A stretch of DNA of 64,000 nucleotides from Alphaproteobacteria bacterium (lineage in GTDB: Bacteria; Pseudomonadota; Alphaproteobacteria; MPNO01), in the NCBI GenBank assembly GCA_964291675.2, contig OZ219865.1, forward strand, positions 544,001 to 608,000, read 5' to 3'. Both the position numbers and the translations under genes were made by a program. The notes below the pieces were generated by a model. It ran no database searches and had not been told where the DNA came from. It saw only the letters and a list, made by a program, of their open reading frames with translations. Shown one piece after another: positions 31,560-41,405 of the stretch. Positions within the stretch are counted from its first letter, which is position 1, and each line of letters begins with the position of its first letter.

Positions 31560-32906
31560 CTATGCGCGCAGATCCAGGAAGCGGGGCGCCTTGACGCTCG
31601 CCTCGAACTCGCGCGCCAGCACGCCGGACTCCACGATCACGATGTCGGGCGAGAGTTCGAACGTCGCCTTGGTCTGCCGCGCCAGCTCCTCGCGCAGGGT
31701 CTCGATGTCGGCGCCGCGCCGGGGCTCGACCGAGACCCGCAGACTCTCCAGCCCGGCGGCATCGCCGATCAGCTCGAGCTTGAAGTCGTTCACCGCGCGG
31801 TGCGCGAACATCATGTCCTCGAACTCCTGGTGGTTGACGTTGACGCCGCGCAGCTTGAAGAACCCGGCGGTCCTGTGGGCGTGGCGCATCGTCGGAAAGA
31901 CCGAGAACGCCCCGTCATCGCCCTCGGCCGGGCTCATGACGACGATATCGCCCGATTCCCAGCGCAGGAACGGCGCCCCGTTATTGCCGAACAGCGAGGT
32001 GCAAACCAGATGCCCGGGCTCGCCATCGGCGACCGGCTTGCCGGTATCGGGGTCGAGCACCTCGAATATCGCCAGATCGGTCCAGATCCTGAACCCCCGG
32101 CGGGACGGTCCCTCGGCGGCCAGCATGCTGATCTCGGTCATGCCGAAACAGTCGTAGACGGTCGCGCCCCAGTCGCGTTCGAGCTTCTCCCGCTTCGCCG
32201 CCGACAGCGCCTCGGCCGAACACAGCATCGTGGAGACCGAGCCCCCGGCGAGGTCGATGCCCTCCGCGTTGGCGAGGTTGGCGAGGTGCAGGCCGTAGCT
32301 CGACATGCCCATCCAGACGGTCGGCTCCAGCGACGAGATCAGGGCGAGCTGCTGGACCGACGGCAGCGACGCGCCGGACCCCGCCCAGACCGCTCCCATC
32401 CCCATGATCTGCGCCGCGCGCGCCCACATATGCCCCACCGGATGGACGCCGAGCGGCGTCGAGATATGCGTCCTGTGGTTGTGCCCGGCGCGGATCCCGG
32501 CGGATGCGAAGGTGCGGGTGAAGCCGACCATGTTGAACAGGATGTCCTCGAAGGTCTTCGGGTAGAACAGCGGCTTTCCGGTGCTCCCTCCCGAACGCCA
32601 GTACTCGCAGACCGGCTGGCCGCCGACGGTGCAGAAATCCCCGTAGAACCGCTCGGTCGTCATCGCCCGGAGCTCGTCCTTGGTGAGGATCGGAATCTTG
32701 GACCATTCCTCCGGATCGTCGAGCCGGCCGGTGTCGATCCCGGCGAGGCGCGGGCGCCAGAACGCGGACCGCCGGGCGCGTTCGACGGCGATGCGCTTGC
32801 GCCGGCGCTGGATGCCCTCGATTTCCTCCGGGCTTTCCGGGATGCAGAGGGGAAGGTCGGCATAGACGCCGGAGCTCCGCCCGGCCAGGGACTCGAGCAC
32901 GCTCAT
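31560..32906 (-). CDS. Phenylacetate-CoA ligase (PaaK-like) family protein
   Basis: IPILTKDELR, RSGGSTGKP, YDCFGMTE, EVLDPDTGKPVADGEPGHLVCTSL, LRWESGD, KLRGVNV. Confidence 0.85.
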   Translation of the reverse strand: MSVLESLAGRSSGVYADLPLCIPESPEEIEGIQRRRKRIAVERARRSAFWRPRLAGIDTGRLDDPEEWSKIPILTKDELRAMTTERFYGDFCTVGGQPVCEYWRSGGSTGKPLFYPKTFEDILFNMVGFTRTFASAGIRAGHNHRTHISTPLGVHPVGHMWARAAQIMGMGAVWAGSGASLPSVQQLALISSLEPTVWMGMSSYGLHLANLANAEGIDLAGGSVSTMLCSAEALSAAKREKLERDWGATVYDCFGMTEISMLAAEGPSRRGFRIWTDLAIFEVLDPDTGKPVADGEPGHLVCTSLFGNNGAPFLRWESGDIVVMSPAEGDDGAFSVFPTMRHAHRTAGFFKLRGVNVNHQEFEDMMFAHRAVNDFKLELIGDAAGLESLRVSVEPRRGADIETLREELARQTKATFELSPDIVIVESGVLAREFEASVKAPRFLDLRA

Positions 32907-33913
32907 CCGGCGCCGCTCTCTCCCAGGTAGCCGAGCGCGCCGATCCAGCGCCGCTGCTCCTCGTAGGCGGCGGGCAGCTCGCCCGCGGCCTCGGCGCGCG
33001 CCATGGCGGCGAGGCGTTCGGCCTTGGCCGGCGTCGCCTCCGGGATGTCGTCGAGGCTGTCGCCGATCATCCGCGCGAAGTCGTCGCCCACCGGGCAGAC
33101 GTCCTGGCAGCGCCGGCAGCCGGTGATGACGCCGGCCCCGCGCAATATGCTCTGCCAGAGGTTGAAGCTGGTCTCCGAGCGGATCATGTCGAGCCTGGCG
33201 GCGTCGTCCGGGGCGTCGAGGATGTCTCCGAGATGCTCGGCAAGCTGGGAGAAACCGTGCGGCGAGCGGTAGCGGTCGCAGGCCGGCCAGTCGCGGTCCC
33301 AATGCCCGACCACATCGCCCGGACAGGCGCTCAGACAGCGCCCGCATTCGGGGCCGAGGCAGAGCGTCGTCTCCAGCCGCTCGTCGGGCTCGCAATCCAC
33401 CGAGCACAGCACCGCGGTCACGATGACGCGCGGGCCGAACTCCGGCGTTATGAGCTGCTGGTTGAGGCCGAGCGTGCCGAGCCCCGCCTCGACGGCCGCA
33501 TGGGTCAGCGACAGTATCGTCGCCATGTGCTGGTTCTTGTCCCCGCGATAGAGCCACGGATCGGCGTGGGTCGGCGGGACGATGATCGCCGGGTAGCCGT
33601 TGTCCTCCAGCCAGAGGACGAGTTCCAGCGACGTCTCCTCCAGCATCGTGAGCACGAGCTCGTCGTTGTAGTATTTGTGCCGTTCGTCCCAGCGCGCGAT
33701 CCGCGTGGTGCCGGCGGAATAGCGCTTGGCGAGCACGATCGCCCGGCCGCCGTCATGCGCGGTGAGGTCCTTCGGACGGCGCGGGTGGCGCGGGTCCGGC
33801 GGGTAGGCGTCCATCACCGCGCCGTCGGCGATTCCGACCAGGTCCGCGCCGAGCGCCCTTGCCTGCTCCTTGATCCGGGCGGAATCGAGCGGGGTCTGGA
33901 ATACGCTGACCAT
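32903..33913 (-). CDS. QueG/reductive-dehalogenase-like double [4Fe-4S] protein (paralog 1)
   Basis: ALGADLVGIAD, LSLTHAAVEAGLGTLGLN.LITPEFGPRV, CLGPECGRCLSACP, GCRRCQDVCPVG. Confidence 0.8.
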   Translation of the reverse strand: MVSVFQTPLDSARIKEQARALGADLVGIADGAVMDAYPPDPRHPRRPKDLTAHDGGRAIVLAKRYSAGTTRIARWDERHKYYNDELVLTMLEETSLELVLWLEDNGYPAIIVPPTHADPWLYRGDKNQHMATILSLTHAAVEAGLGTLGLNQQLITPEFGPRVIVTAVLCSVDCEPDERLETTLCLGPECGRCLSACPGDVVGHWDRDWPACDRYRSPHGFSQLAEHLGDILDAPDDAARLDMIRSETSFNLWQSILRGAGVITGCRRCQDVCPVGDDFARMIGDSLDDIPEATPAKAERLAAMARAEAAGELPAAYEEQRRWIGALGYLGESGAG

Positions 33914-34930
33914 CTATTTCTCCGTCGCCGCGGTCTCGCGCTCGCGCTGCATGGCCTTGAAGGCCTGAAGCTGGCGCGCAACGATGCCCTGGTAACCCTC
34001 CGGCCCCACCCAGCGGACGTTCCAGTCGTTGCGCCCGGCGATCTCCGCGCCCGACTTTCGGGCCTCCTTGAAGGCGTTGGCCTTGTCGACCTTTTCGGGT
34101 GTCTTCTCGGGGATGATCTTCTGGAGATCGGCGAGATAGGCGTGGTAGTCGTTGCCGACCGGACAGACCGCGAGGCAGCGCGGGCAGTCGCCGAAGGAGC
34201 CGACCACCCTGAGCAACCCCTGCCAGAAGCCGTAGACCTCGCGGTCGGCGATCAGGCGCCGCCTGGTCTCGTCGTCGCAAGCGACAAAGTGCTCCCAGAA
34301 CTGGAGTATGGTCCAGAAGCCGAACTCCTGCGCCTCGGTCGCGCAGGCGCGCTTGTCGATGCCGAAATGACGCACCGCGTCGGATGGGCAGGAATAGAGG
34401 CAGCGGCTGCAGCTCTCCCCGATGCAGACCTGCTCGGTCATCGGCCGGTCGGGCTCGAGCTCGCATTCCGTGAGCACGCCGGTGAGGTAGAGCCTGGGCC
34501 CGAACTCGGGCGTGAGGATGTTCACCTCGAGCCCGAACGTGCCGAGCCCGGCCTCGGTGCCCAGATGGCGGGTCGACAGCCTGCCGTAGCTCGCGCGCTT
34601 GTAGCTCCACTCGGTCTCCTGCCCCGCGGTGACGAAGCTCGGATGGCCGGCGCGTTCGAGCGCGTCCACGAGACGGTAGGCGATCCGGTCCATCCGTCTC
34701 AGGATCAGCATGTCCATGTATTGGACGGGCACGGTGGTCTTGCACCTGAAGGCGCCGACGGGGATATGCTGGACGATCACGACCACGCTCTTGACCCGCG
34801 GCGAGATCCGGTCCGGCGTCTGCGGGTAGAGCGGGTCGGGCGGGAACGCGTTGAGGACCGAGGCGTCGGCGATCCCCACCAGATCCGCGCCCAGATCCCT
34901 GGCCAGTTGCTTTACTTCCTCGGCGTCCAT
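33914..34930 (-). CDS. QueG/reductive-dehalogenase-like double [4Fe-4S] protein (paralog 2)
   Basis: LGADLVGIAD, LSTRHLGTEAGLGTFG..ILTPEFGPRLYL, CIGESCSRCLYSCP, DCPRCLAVCPVG. Confidence 0.8.
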   Translation of the reverse strand: MDAEEVKQLARDLGADLVGIADASVLNAFPPDPLYPQTPDRISPRVKSVVVIVQHIPVGAFRCKTTVPVQYMDMLILRRMDRIAYRLVDALERAGHPSFVTAGQETEWSYKRASYGRLSTRHLGTEAGLGTFGLEVNILTPEFGPRLYLTGVLTECELEPDRPMTEQVCIGESCSRCLYSCPSDAVRHFGIDKRACATEAQEFGFWTILQFWEHFVACDDETRRRLIADREVYGFWQGLLRVVGSFGDCPRCLAVCPVGNDYHAYLADLQKIIPEKTPEKVDKANAFKEARKSGAEIAGRNDWNVRWVGPEGYQGIVARQLQAFKAMQRERETAATEK

Positions 34931-35034
34931 CGGCTCCCCGCCCGGCATGGCGGCGTCAAACTGGCACAGGGGGCGTGCGCGGGCAAGGCGGGGCCCGCGT
35001 TGCCCGGCCGCCATGCAGGGCGTATGTAGGAACC

Positions 35035-36183
35035 ATGAGTTCGGCGCCCGCAGAACACCCGCCGGGGCTGGCGATACCGGGGTTCGAGACCGGCGGTATC
35101 GCAGCGGTCGACCGCGCCGCGGGCGATCTTCGCCGCGGTCTCCCGGTGGTGCTGGCCGAGCCCGGCGAGGCCGGCGGCATCGTCGCCTTCGCCGCCGAGT
35201 TCGTCTCGGCGTCCCGGCTCGATGCGCTGCGCCGGCTCGGCGGAGAGCCCGACCTGGCGATCACCCACAACCGGGCGGCGACGCTCAAGATTCGGCTCTA
35301 CACGCCCGATGTGGTCCGCATTCCGGTGCCGGGCTGGCTGTCGATGGAAGCCCTGGCAAGCCTCGCCGATCCGGCGACCGACCTCGCCCAGCCGCTGCGC
35401 GGGCCGTTCGAGGCAAGGCGCGATCCGGTTCCGGCCGGGTTCGTCGCCGCCATCCGGCTCGCCAAGATCGCGCGTCTCCTGCCGGCCGCGGTCGCCGTCG
35501 AGGCGGCCGACCTCGCCGCCGCCCTCGGCGCGGAGAAGGCGGACCTGCTCCGTGTCGCCCCGTCGGCGGTCATGTCCTACGACGTCGCCGCCGCGCAGCG
35601 CCTGGAACGGGTGACCGGCGCGTCGGTGCCGCTCGACGGCGCCGAGGCCACGCGTATCTTCGCGTTCCGCCCGCGCGACGGCGGAACCGAGCATTTCGCG
35701 ATCCAGGTCGGCCAGCCCGAGCCGCCCGGCCCGGTCCTCGCCCGGCTCCATTCGGAGTGCTTCACCGGCGACCTGCTGGGCTCGCTCAAATGCGATTGCG
35801 GGCAACAGCTGCGCGGCGCGATCGCGCAGATCTCCGCCGCAGGGGAAGGCATCCTGCTCTACCTCGCCCAGGAGGGGCGCGGCATCGGGCTGATCAACAA
35901 GCTCCGCGCCTACGCCTTGCAGGATCTCGGCTTCGACACCGTCGAGGCCAACGAACGGCTCGGCTTCGAGGCCGACGAGCGGGTGTTCCTCCCGGCCGCC
36001 GAGATGCTGCGACGGCTCGGCTTCACGTCGGTGCGGCTGATGACCAACAACCCGGACAAGGTGGAGGCGCTCGCCCGCTTCGGCATCGAGATCGCCGAGC
36101 GGGTGCCGCACAGCTTCCCCTCGAACGACCACAACGCGTTCTACCTCTCGACCAAGGCGGAGAAGAGCGGGCACTTGCTGTAG
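35035..36183 (+). CDS. ribA: GTP cyclohydrolase II
   Basis: RLHSECFTGDLLGSLKCDCGQQL, QEGRGIGLINKLRAY, DTVEAN, LMTNNP. Confidence 0.94.
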   Translation: MSSAPAEHPPGLAIPGFETGGIAAVDRAAGDLRRGLPVVLAEPGEAGGIVAFAAEFVSASRLDALRRLGGEPDLAITHNRAATLKIRLYTPDVVRIPVPGWLSMEALASLADPATDLAQPLRGPFEARRDPVPAGFVAAIRLAKIARLLPAAVAVEAADLAAALGAEKADLLRVAPSAVMSYDVAAAQRLERVTGASVPLDGAEATRIFAFRPRDGGTEHFAIQVGQPEPPGPVLARLHSECFTGDLLGSLKCDCGQQLRGAIAQISAAGEGILLYLAQEGRGIGLINKLRAYALQDLGFDTVEANERLGFEADERVFLPAAEMLRRLGFTSVRLMTNNPDKVEALARFGIEIAERVPHSFPSNDHNAFYLSTKAEKSGHLL

Positions 36184-36249
36184 AGCAGCGCGCCCGCCCG
36201 ACCCGGCGACGGGCTTGACGCGACCCATAGTGTGTACTAAGTAGGACAC

Positions 36250-36603
36250 ATGACGCAATTCGGTCCCGCGATCCGCGAACGGCGCGAGCATCTGAGGCGC
36301 GACGACCGGCGCTTCTCGGTGCGCCAGGTCGCCCGGCGCATCGGCATCGAGCCGGCCTATCTGAGCAAGATCGAGCGCGGCGAGGTGGCGCCGCCGTCGG
36401 AGGCCACCACGGTCCGCCTGGCCAGGGAGCTGGGCCAGGATCCGGACGTGCTGCTGGCGATGGCCGGCAAGGTGTCCGGCGACCTGCAGGAGATCATCCG
36501 CAAGCGACCCAGGCTGTTCGCCGAGCTGATCCGGCAGTTGAGAGAGGCGCCCGACCACGCGGTCCTTCGCGTGGTCCGCGAAGTCCGGGACGGAGACTGG
36601 TAG
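36250..36603 (+). CDS. XRE-family HTH transcriptional regulator
   Basis: FSVRQVARRIGIEPAYLSKIERGEVAPPSE. Confidence 0.88.
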   Translation: MTQFGPAIRERREHLRRDDRRFSVRQVARRIGIEPAYLSKIERGEVAPPSEATTVRLARELGQDPDVLLAMAGKVSGDLQEIIRKRPRLFAELIRQLREAPDHAVLRVVREVRDGDW

Positions 36604-36614
36604 GGAGACGACGC

Positions 36615-37607
36615 ATGATAATCCTCGAACGGGACTGCCTGGAATTCCGCTTCCCGGACGTTCACCGGGATGCGTCCTGCACGATCGAGTTCCAGCGCAC
36701 GCTGCGCATACCCGACGACGGCCGGGAGTATCCATTGCCGCCCGGGCTCGGCCGGTTTCCGCTGCGTCATCTCGACGATCATGCGGCGCATCTTCCGCGG
36801 GCCTGGCGCCGGCGCGGCGGCGTGATCGCGCCGATGCACCAGGCGGAGGCGTTGTGGATCAACTTCGACGCCCGCTACCCGTTCGCCGTCAAGGTGGCGA
36901 CCGGCAAGGTCTGCGCGATCACCGCCGGCGCCTGGACCGACCATCTGAACCGCGACCCGCAGGACTACGCCGCGCTGCCCGAGCAGCCCTGGCTCGACGG
37001 GTACTGCGTGGAGCAGGGCGTGATCCGCCAGTTCGTCGCCATGCCGCTGGGCGCCGGCTATACGGTGGAAGAACAGCTCTACGGCGCGGGCGAGCACGGC
37101 GGCTTGCAGATCGTCGCCTATCCGATGAAGCGGGAGCGCTACGAGGCGCTCGGCGCCCGGCACGCGTCCATCGATGACGTATCGAAGACCTTCGGCATGC
37201 CGCAAAGCCCCGGCATGGGTCTGGCGCCCGGCGGGCGGATGCAGCAGGACATCTATGCCGATCCGCACGACTTCGACGCCTGGGACCAGCGGCGCGGCAG
37301 CCGTTGCTTCGTCACCCTGGTCAACTCGCTGCAATGGCTGGCGATCACCGGCGATCATCCGCCGACCCGGCCGCCCTCGGCCAGAACCTATGCCGAGACC
37401 GGCCTGCCGTGGTTCGACCACTACGCCGGCGACGCCGAAGCCCTGGCTGGCGCCGGCCGGTTCAAGGAGGTGGCGAGCGTGGCCCAGCTTGCGAAACAAA
37501 AGGGCGAAGCGCCGCTGCCGGAGAACGAGACCGCCGAGATCGCCAATGTCGTGGTGGTCGGGCAGGACGGCGCGCGGCTGGTGCGGGAAAGCTGGGGGAC
37601 GGCATAG
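36615..37607 (+). CDS. Conserved hypothetical protein
   Basis: Good RBS (GGGAG), high-GC3 coding pattern; motifs FQRTLRIPDDG..YPLPPGLGRFPL, QPWLDG, IRQFVAMPLG.GYTVEEQ, MGLAPGGRMQQDIY. Confidence 0.8.
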   Translation: MIILERDCLEFRFPDVHRDASCTIEFQRTLRIPDDGREYPLPPGLGRFPLRHLDDHAAHLPRAWRRRGGVIAPMHQAEALWINFDARYPFAVKVATGKVCAITAGAWTDHLNRDPQDYAALPEQPWLDGYCVEQGVIRQFVAMPLGAGYTVEEQLYGAGEHGGLQIVAYPMKRERYEALGARHASIDDVSKTFGMPQSPGMGLAPGGRMQQDIYADPHDFDAWDQRRGSRCFVTLVNSLQWLAITGDHPPTRPPSARTYAETGLPWFDHYAGDAEALAGAGRFKEVASVAQLAKQKGEAPLPENETAEIANVVVVGQDGARLVRESWGTA

Positions 37608-37616
37608 CCGCCCGGC

Positions 37617-38405
37617 CTATCGCCCCTTGAAGGCGGGCGGGCGCTTCTCCATGAAGGCGGTGCGGCCTTCGACGTAGTCCGCGCTGGCGAAGCAGGCATC
37701 GACCAGCGCCTGGCAGCGCGCGAGGTCGCGTTCGCCCTCGGGCTTCAGCACCTCGTTGACGATAAGCTTCATCCCCTTGACGGTAAGCGGCGCGTTGGCG
37801 GCGACGGTCCTGGCGTAGTCGGTCACGGTGTCGGCCAGCGCACCCGCCGCCACGACGCGCTGGACGAGGCCCATCGCATAGGCTTCCCCGGCCGGGATCA
37901 TGCGGGCGGAGAACACGATGTCGCGCGCCGCCCCCGGCCCGACCGTGTCGACCAGGCGCTTCAGCCCGCCGAACCCGTAGCCCAGCCCGAGCCTGGCGGC
38001 CGGCAGCGCGAAGCGGGACTCTTCCGAGCAGAAGCGGAGGTCGCAGCAGAGCGCCAGCCCGAGCCCGCCGCCGACGCAGTAGCCGTCGATCTCGGCGATG
38101 GTCGGCTTGGGCAGCGTCTCGACCATCGCATTGGCGGCGGAGACCCTGGCGTTGTAGTGCCGGATCGCTTCTTCCGAGGACCGCTCGGACTCGAATTTCG
38201 AGATGTCGGCACCGGAAACGAAGGCCTTGCCCCCCGCCCCGCTCAGCACCACGACCCGCACCTCGGGGTTCTCGGCGAACCCGCGCAGGATCGCCTCGGC
38301 CGCTTCCCACATCTCGAGCGAGACCGCGTTGCGGCGCTCGGGGTTGTTGAAGATCATCCGGCCGATCCCGGAGTCGATCTCGGACAGCATCTTGTCGGTG
38401 GCCAT
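37617..38405 (-). CDS. Enoyl-CoA hydratase/isomerase family protein
   Basis: NNPERRNA, AFVSGADISKF, PTIAEIDGYCVGGG, DYVEGRTAFMEKRPPAFKGR. Confidence 0.92.
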   Translation of the reverse strand: MATDKMLSEIDSGIGRMIFNNPERRNAVSLEMWEAAEAILRGFAENPEVRVVVLSGAGGKAFVSGADISKFESERSSEEAIRHYNARVSAANAMVETLPKPTIAEIDGYCVGGGLGLALCCDLRFCSEESRFALPAARLGLGYGFGGLKRLVDTVGPGAARDIVFSARMIPAGEAYAMGLVQRVVAAGALADTVTDYARTVAANAPLTVKGMKLIVNEVLKPEGERDLARCQALVDACFASADYVEGRTAFMEKRPPAFKGR

Positions 38406-38499
38406 TCCGGTCATCCTTCGCTTGGAACTGGATCGCGCCGCGGGCGCGGCGCCGGGCAATGCGGCATCGTGGCGGTCCCGCGAATCCAGTCGCGGCAGT

Positions 38500-39399
38500 C
38501 TAGCCGCCCTCGCCGCGGCCGCGATAGATCGAGAGATAGATCCCGGCCCCGATCAGGCCGACGCCGAGGGCGTGGAACCAGGCGAAGACCTCGCCCAGGA
38601 ACACGATCGCCATGATCACGGTGAAGGCCACGATCAGGTGGACGAAGATCCCCGCCAGGGACGGGCCGAGACGTTGGATCGCGTAGTTCCACAGATAGAC
38701 CGCGAAGACCGAAGAGAACAGCGCGAGCCCGACGACCGCGCCGATCGAGGGCAGCCCCCAGGTCATCGGCCGATCGACGGCCCACTCGATCAGGTAGAGC
38801 GGGATCATCATCAGCGCGCCCAGGAACAGGAGCAGGAAGAGCATCAAGCCCTGGTCCAGCGCGCGCGGGGCGAGCCTGAGATAGACGGCGTAGAGCGCCC
38901 AGCTCACATAGGCGAACAACACCAGGATGTCGCCGGCGTTGAAGTCGAGGGCGAGGATCGCCCGGGGATCGCCGCGCGCAATCAACGCGAACACGCCGAG
39001 CAGGGAGACCAGGACGCCGGCGATCTGGTTGGCCGTCACGCGGTCGCGGAAGATCGCCCAGGCGGCGACGATGATGAGCACCGGCTCGAAGGAGTTCAGC
39101 ACCCCGACATTGATCGCGATCGTGTATTGCAGCGAGAGGAAAAGGACGGCGTTGCCGCCCACGAACAGCAGGAAGGACAGAGCCAGGATGATCCAGAAAT
39201 GCCGCCGGACGAGGTGGATCTGCTGCACCAGCGGGCGCCAGGCGAAGGGCAGCACGACGGCCGCGCCGAGCAGGGTGCGCCAGAACGAGAGCCCCATCGG
39301 CGGGACCTCTTCGCGCAGGCCGCGGACCACCACGGTGCTGGCGGCCCAGCACAGCATGGCGACGGTGACCGCGAGATAGGGCGAGGTCAGGACGCGCAT
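38500..39399 (-). CDS. DMT/EamA family transporter
   Basis: ~10 hydrophobic segments; PPMGLSFWR, LQYTIAIN, LWNYAIQRLGPS. Confidence 0.88.
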   Translation of the reverse strand: MRVLTSPYLAVTVAMLCWAASTVVVRGLREEVPPMGLSFWRTLLGAAVVLPFAWRPLVQQIHLVRRHFWIILALSFLLFVGGNAVLFLSLQYTIAINVGVLNSFEPVLIIVAAWAIFRDRVTANQIAGVLVSLLGVFALIARGDPRAILALDFNAGDILVLFAYVSWALYAVYLRLAPRALDQGLMLFLLLFLGALMMIPLYLIEWAVDRPMTWGLPSIGAVVGLALFSSVFAVYLWNYAIQRLGPSLAGIFVHLIVAFTVIMAIVFLGEVFAWFHALGVGLIGAGIYLSIYRGRGEGG

Positions 39400-39583
39400 C
39401 GCGAGCCCGTCGGAGCTGGGTCGAAGCGGGCTCCTGCCCATCGGATGACCTTGTGTGACGAAGTTCCGCGCGCGCGGCGCGCGGGCAGGTTACGGCGCGC
39501 CCCGCCCGGCGGCAAGCGGGGGCTTGCCCGGCCCTCGGCGCGCGCCGAAACTGGCGCGGAGACATCTGGCCGGGAGGCGGGGC

Positions 39584-39976
39584 ATGGCGATCAGACGGGT
39601 TCAATCGACGGAGGTGGCGGAGCCGCCGCCGGAAACATGGTCGAATTGCCTGGTGGCGGGCGACCGGGTCTTCATCGCCGGCATGACCGCGCGCGGCGCC
39701 GATTTCAAGCCGCTCGCCGAGATGGACGAGTACGAACAGGCGAGGACCTGCCTGATCAAGATCCAGCGCCTGATTGAGGCGGCCGGCGGCACCATGGCGG
39801 ACATCGTCAGGGTCAACATCTTCGTCACCGACATCCGCAACCGCGAAGAGGTGTGGCGCGCCCGCCGCGAGTTCTTCTCGGGCGACTTCCCGGTCTCGAC
39901 CCTGGTGGAGGTGAGCGCGCTCGCCGCGCCCGAGATGACCGTCGAGATCGAGGCCGAGGGCGTGCTCGGCGGTTAG
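39584..39976 (+). CDS. RidA family protein
   Basis: VFIAGMTA, EAAGGTMADIVRVNIFVTDI, PVSTLVEVSAL..PEMTVEIEA. Confidence 0.9.
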   Translation: MAIRRVQSTEVAEPPPETWSNCLVAGDRVFIAGMTARGADFKPLAEMDEYEQARTCLIKIQRLIEAAGGTMADIVRVNIFVTDIRNREEVWRARREFFSGDFPVSTLVEVSALAAPEMTVEIEAEGVLGG

Positions 39977-41316
39977 GCGGTCGGCCGATCGCGCGAGCGC
40001 CCGGCCTTCAGCGCCGCGAGCTCGTTCTCGGCGGCCCTGGTGTCGTCGAGCCCGGCGCCGCGGTCGACCGGCACGGTTTCCCTGTCGTCGGCCGTCGGCA
40101 GCTTGTCGACCGGGTAGGTCGCGACCCGCTCGTTGCCGCCGGAGACATCGCGCTCCAGCGACAGGTCGCGCTCGTTGGCGGCGCGCGCAGCGACGATCCG
40201 GCCGCCCTCCTTCACCAGGTCGAGCCACCAGCGCTTGACCGGGTTGCGCTTGCCGTAGCCCAGCGCGTCGTCGAGCCAGATCAGGAAGCGGCGCGAGAAC
40301 GGCAGCCTGATCGCCGCCCACATCGCCAGGCGGTGGGCGAGCAGCCCCTCCTTGTTCCACGGGCACATCTTCATGCAGCGCCCGCAGGCCGATCCCTTGA
40401 GATTGGTCACGCGGTACCTGGTGCATTTCTCGACATCGGGCTTCCAGATCTCGTAGCCGTTGTAGAGCACCTTGTCGCCGTAGGGGATCGCCTGGGCCGG
40501 GCATTCGCGGGCGCATTTGCGGCACTTGTCGCAAAAATCCTGGAGCCCGAAATCGATCGGCTTGTCGGGCACCAGCGGCAGGTCGGTGGTGACCACCGCG
40601 GTCTTGTGACGCGGCCCGATGAACGGGTTGAGGACGAGCTCGCCGATCCGGCTCATCTCGCCGAGCCCGGCGAGCAGCATCAGCGGGATCTGCATCACGT
40701 CGCCATGGGCGTTGGAATGGGCTTGCGCCGGATAGCCGAGGCGGCGGATGTAGTCGGCGACGATGGTCGCCGTGGTCGAGCCGTTGAGATAGGCGCGGTA
40801 GCTCTGGGCGCCCGAGATCCAGTCGTCCCCGGACGAGGCCTCGAAGGTGTCCCAGCCCTGGTCGATGACGATGACGACGGCGTACTTGTGCCGTGTCGCG
40901 ATCGGCGTGCCGTCGCTCTCATGCGAGAACCAGGCGTATTCGGGAACCTCGCAGACCCCGACCATGTCGGCGTCGAGGAAATGGCAGAGAGACTTGATGT
41001 GCCGGGTGAGCTCTTCCGGGTCGTCGGGCAGCGGCGCCTTTTCATCCGCCGCATCGCCCTTGTGGGCGGGCACGTGCTTCCAGTGCAGATGGCCGATCGC
41101 GGCGTTCAGCGGGTTCTTGGTGATAAAGCGGCGGATTTCGCTCGCCGGCCTCGGCCCGAGATCGCCGTAGAAGGCGCGGACGAAAAAGCCGGCGCGCTTG
41201 GGCACCTGCCTGACGGCATCGGTGATCAGCGTCGTCGGCCGCTCGACCCGCCTGATCTTCTCCATCGGGTAGCGGCCGAGATGCATCGGCCGTCTCTTGC
41301 GCGAAAGGATCCGCAT
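39973..41316 (-). CDS. Reductive dehalogenase (catabolic, non-Tat type; cobalamin + 2x[4Fe-4S])
   Basis: HLGRYPMEKIRRVERPTT, HIKSLCHFLDADMVGVC, SGAQSYRAY, LAGLGEMSRIGELVLNPFIGPRHK, FCDKCRKCARECP, CGRCMKMCPWNK. Confidence 0.88.
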   Translation of the reverse strand: MRILSRKRRPMHLGRYPMEKIRRVERPTTLITDAVRQVPKRAGFFVRAFYGDLGPRPASEIRRFITKNPLNAAIGHLHWKHVPAHKGDAADEKAPLPDDPEELTRHIKSLCHFLDADMVGVCEVPEYAWFSHESDGTPIATRHKYAVVIVIDQGWDTFEASSGDDWISGAQSYRAYLNGSTTATIVADYIRRLGYPAQAHSNAHGDVMQIPLMLLAGLGEMSRIGELVLNPFIGPRHKTAVVTTDLPLVPDKPIDFGLQDFCDKCRKCARECPAQAIPYGDKVLYNGYEIWKPDVEKCTRYRVTNLKGSACGRCMKMCPWNKEGLLAHRLAMWAAIRLPFSRRFLIWLDDALGYGKRNPVKRWWLDLVKEGGRIVAARAANERDLSLERDVSGGNERVATYPVDKLPTADDRETVPVDRGAGLDDTRAAENELAALKAGRSRDRPTA

Positions 41317-41405
41317 CGCCGCCGCCCCCGTCCCGTAGACCCGAGTCGCGCGCCTCGCTTACCCGGCCGGCGCGTGCCGGCCGGGCGCGATCCCGGCGCT
41401 TCCGG

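Noticed and set aside
32903-34930. Assigning the gene symbol queG
   Set aside because: Two divergent tandem paralogues in a CoA-ligase operon, without recognisable canonical QueG motifs (e.g. the YGCDxCQxxCPWN form); only the fold-level similarity is supported.
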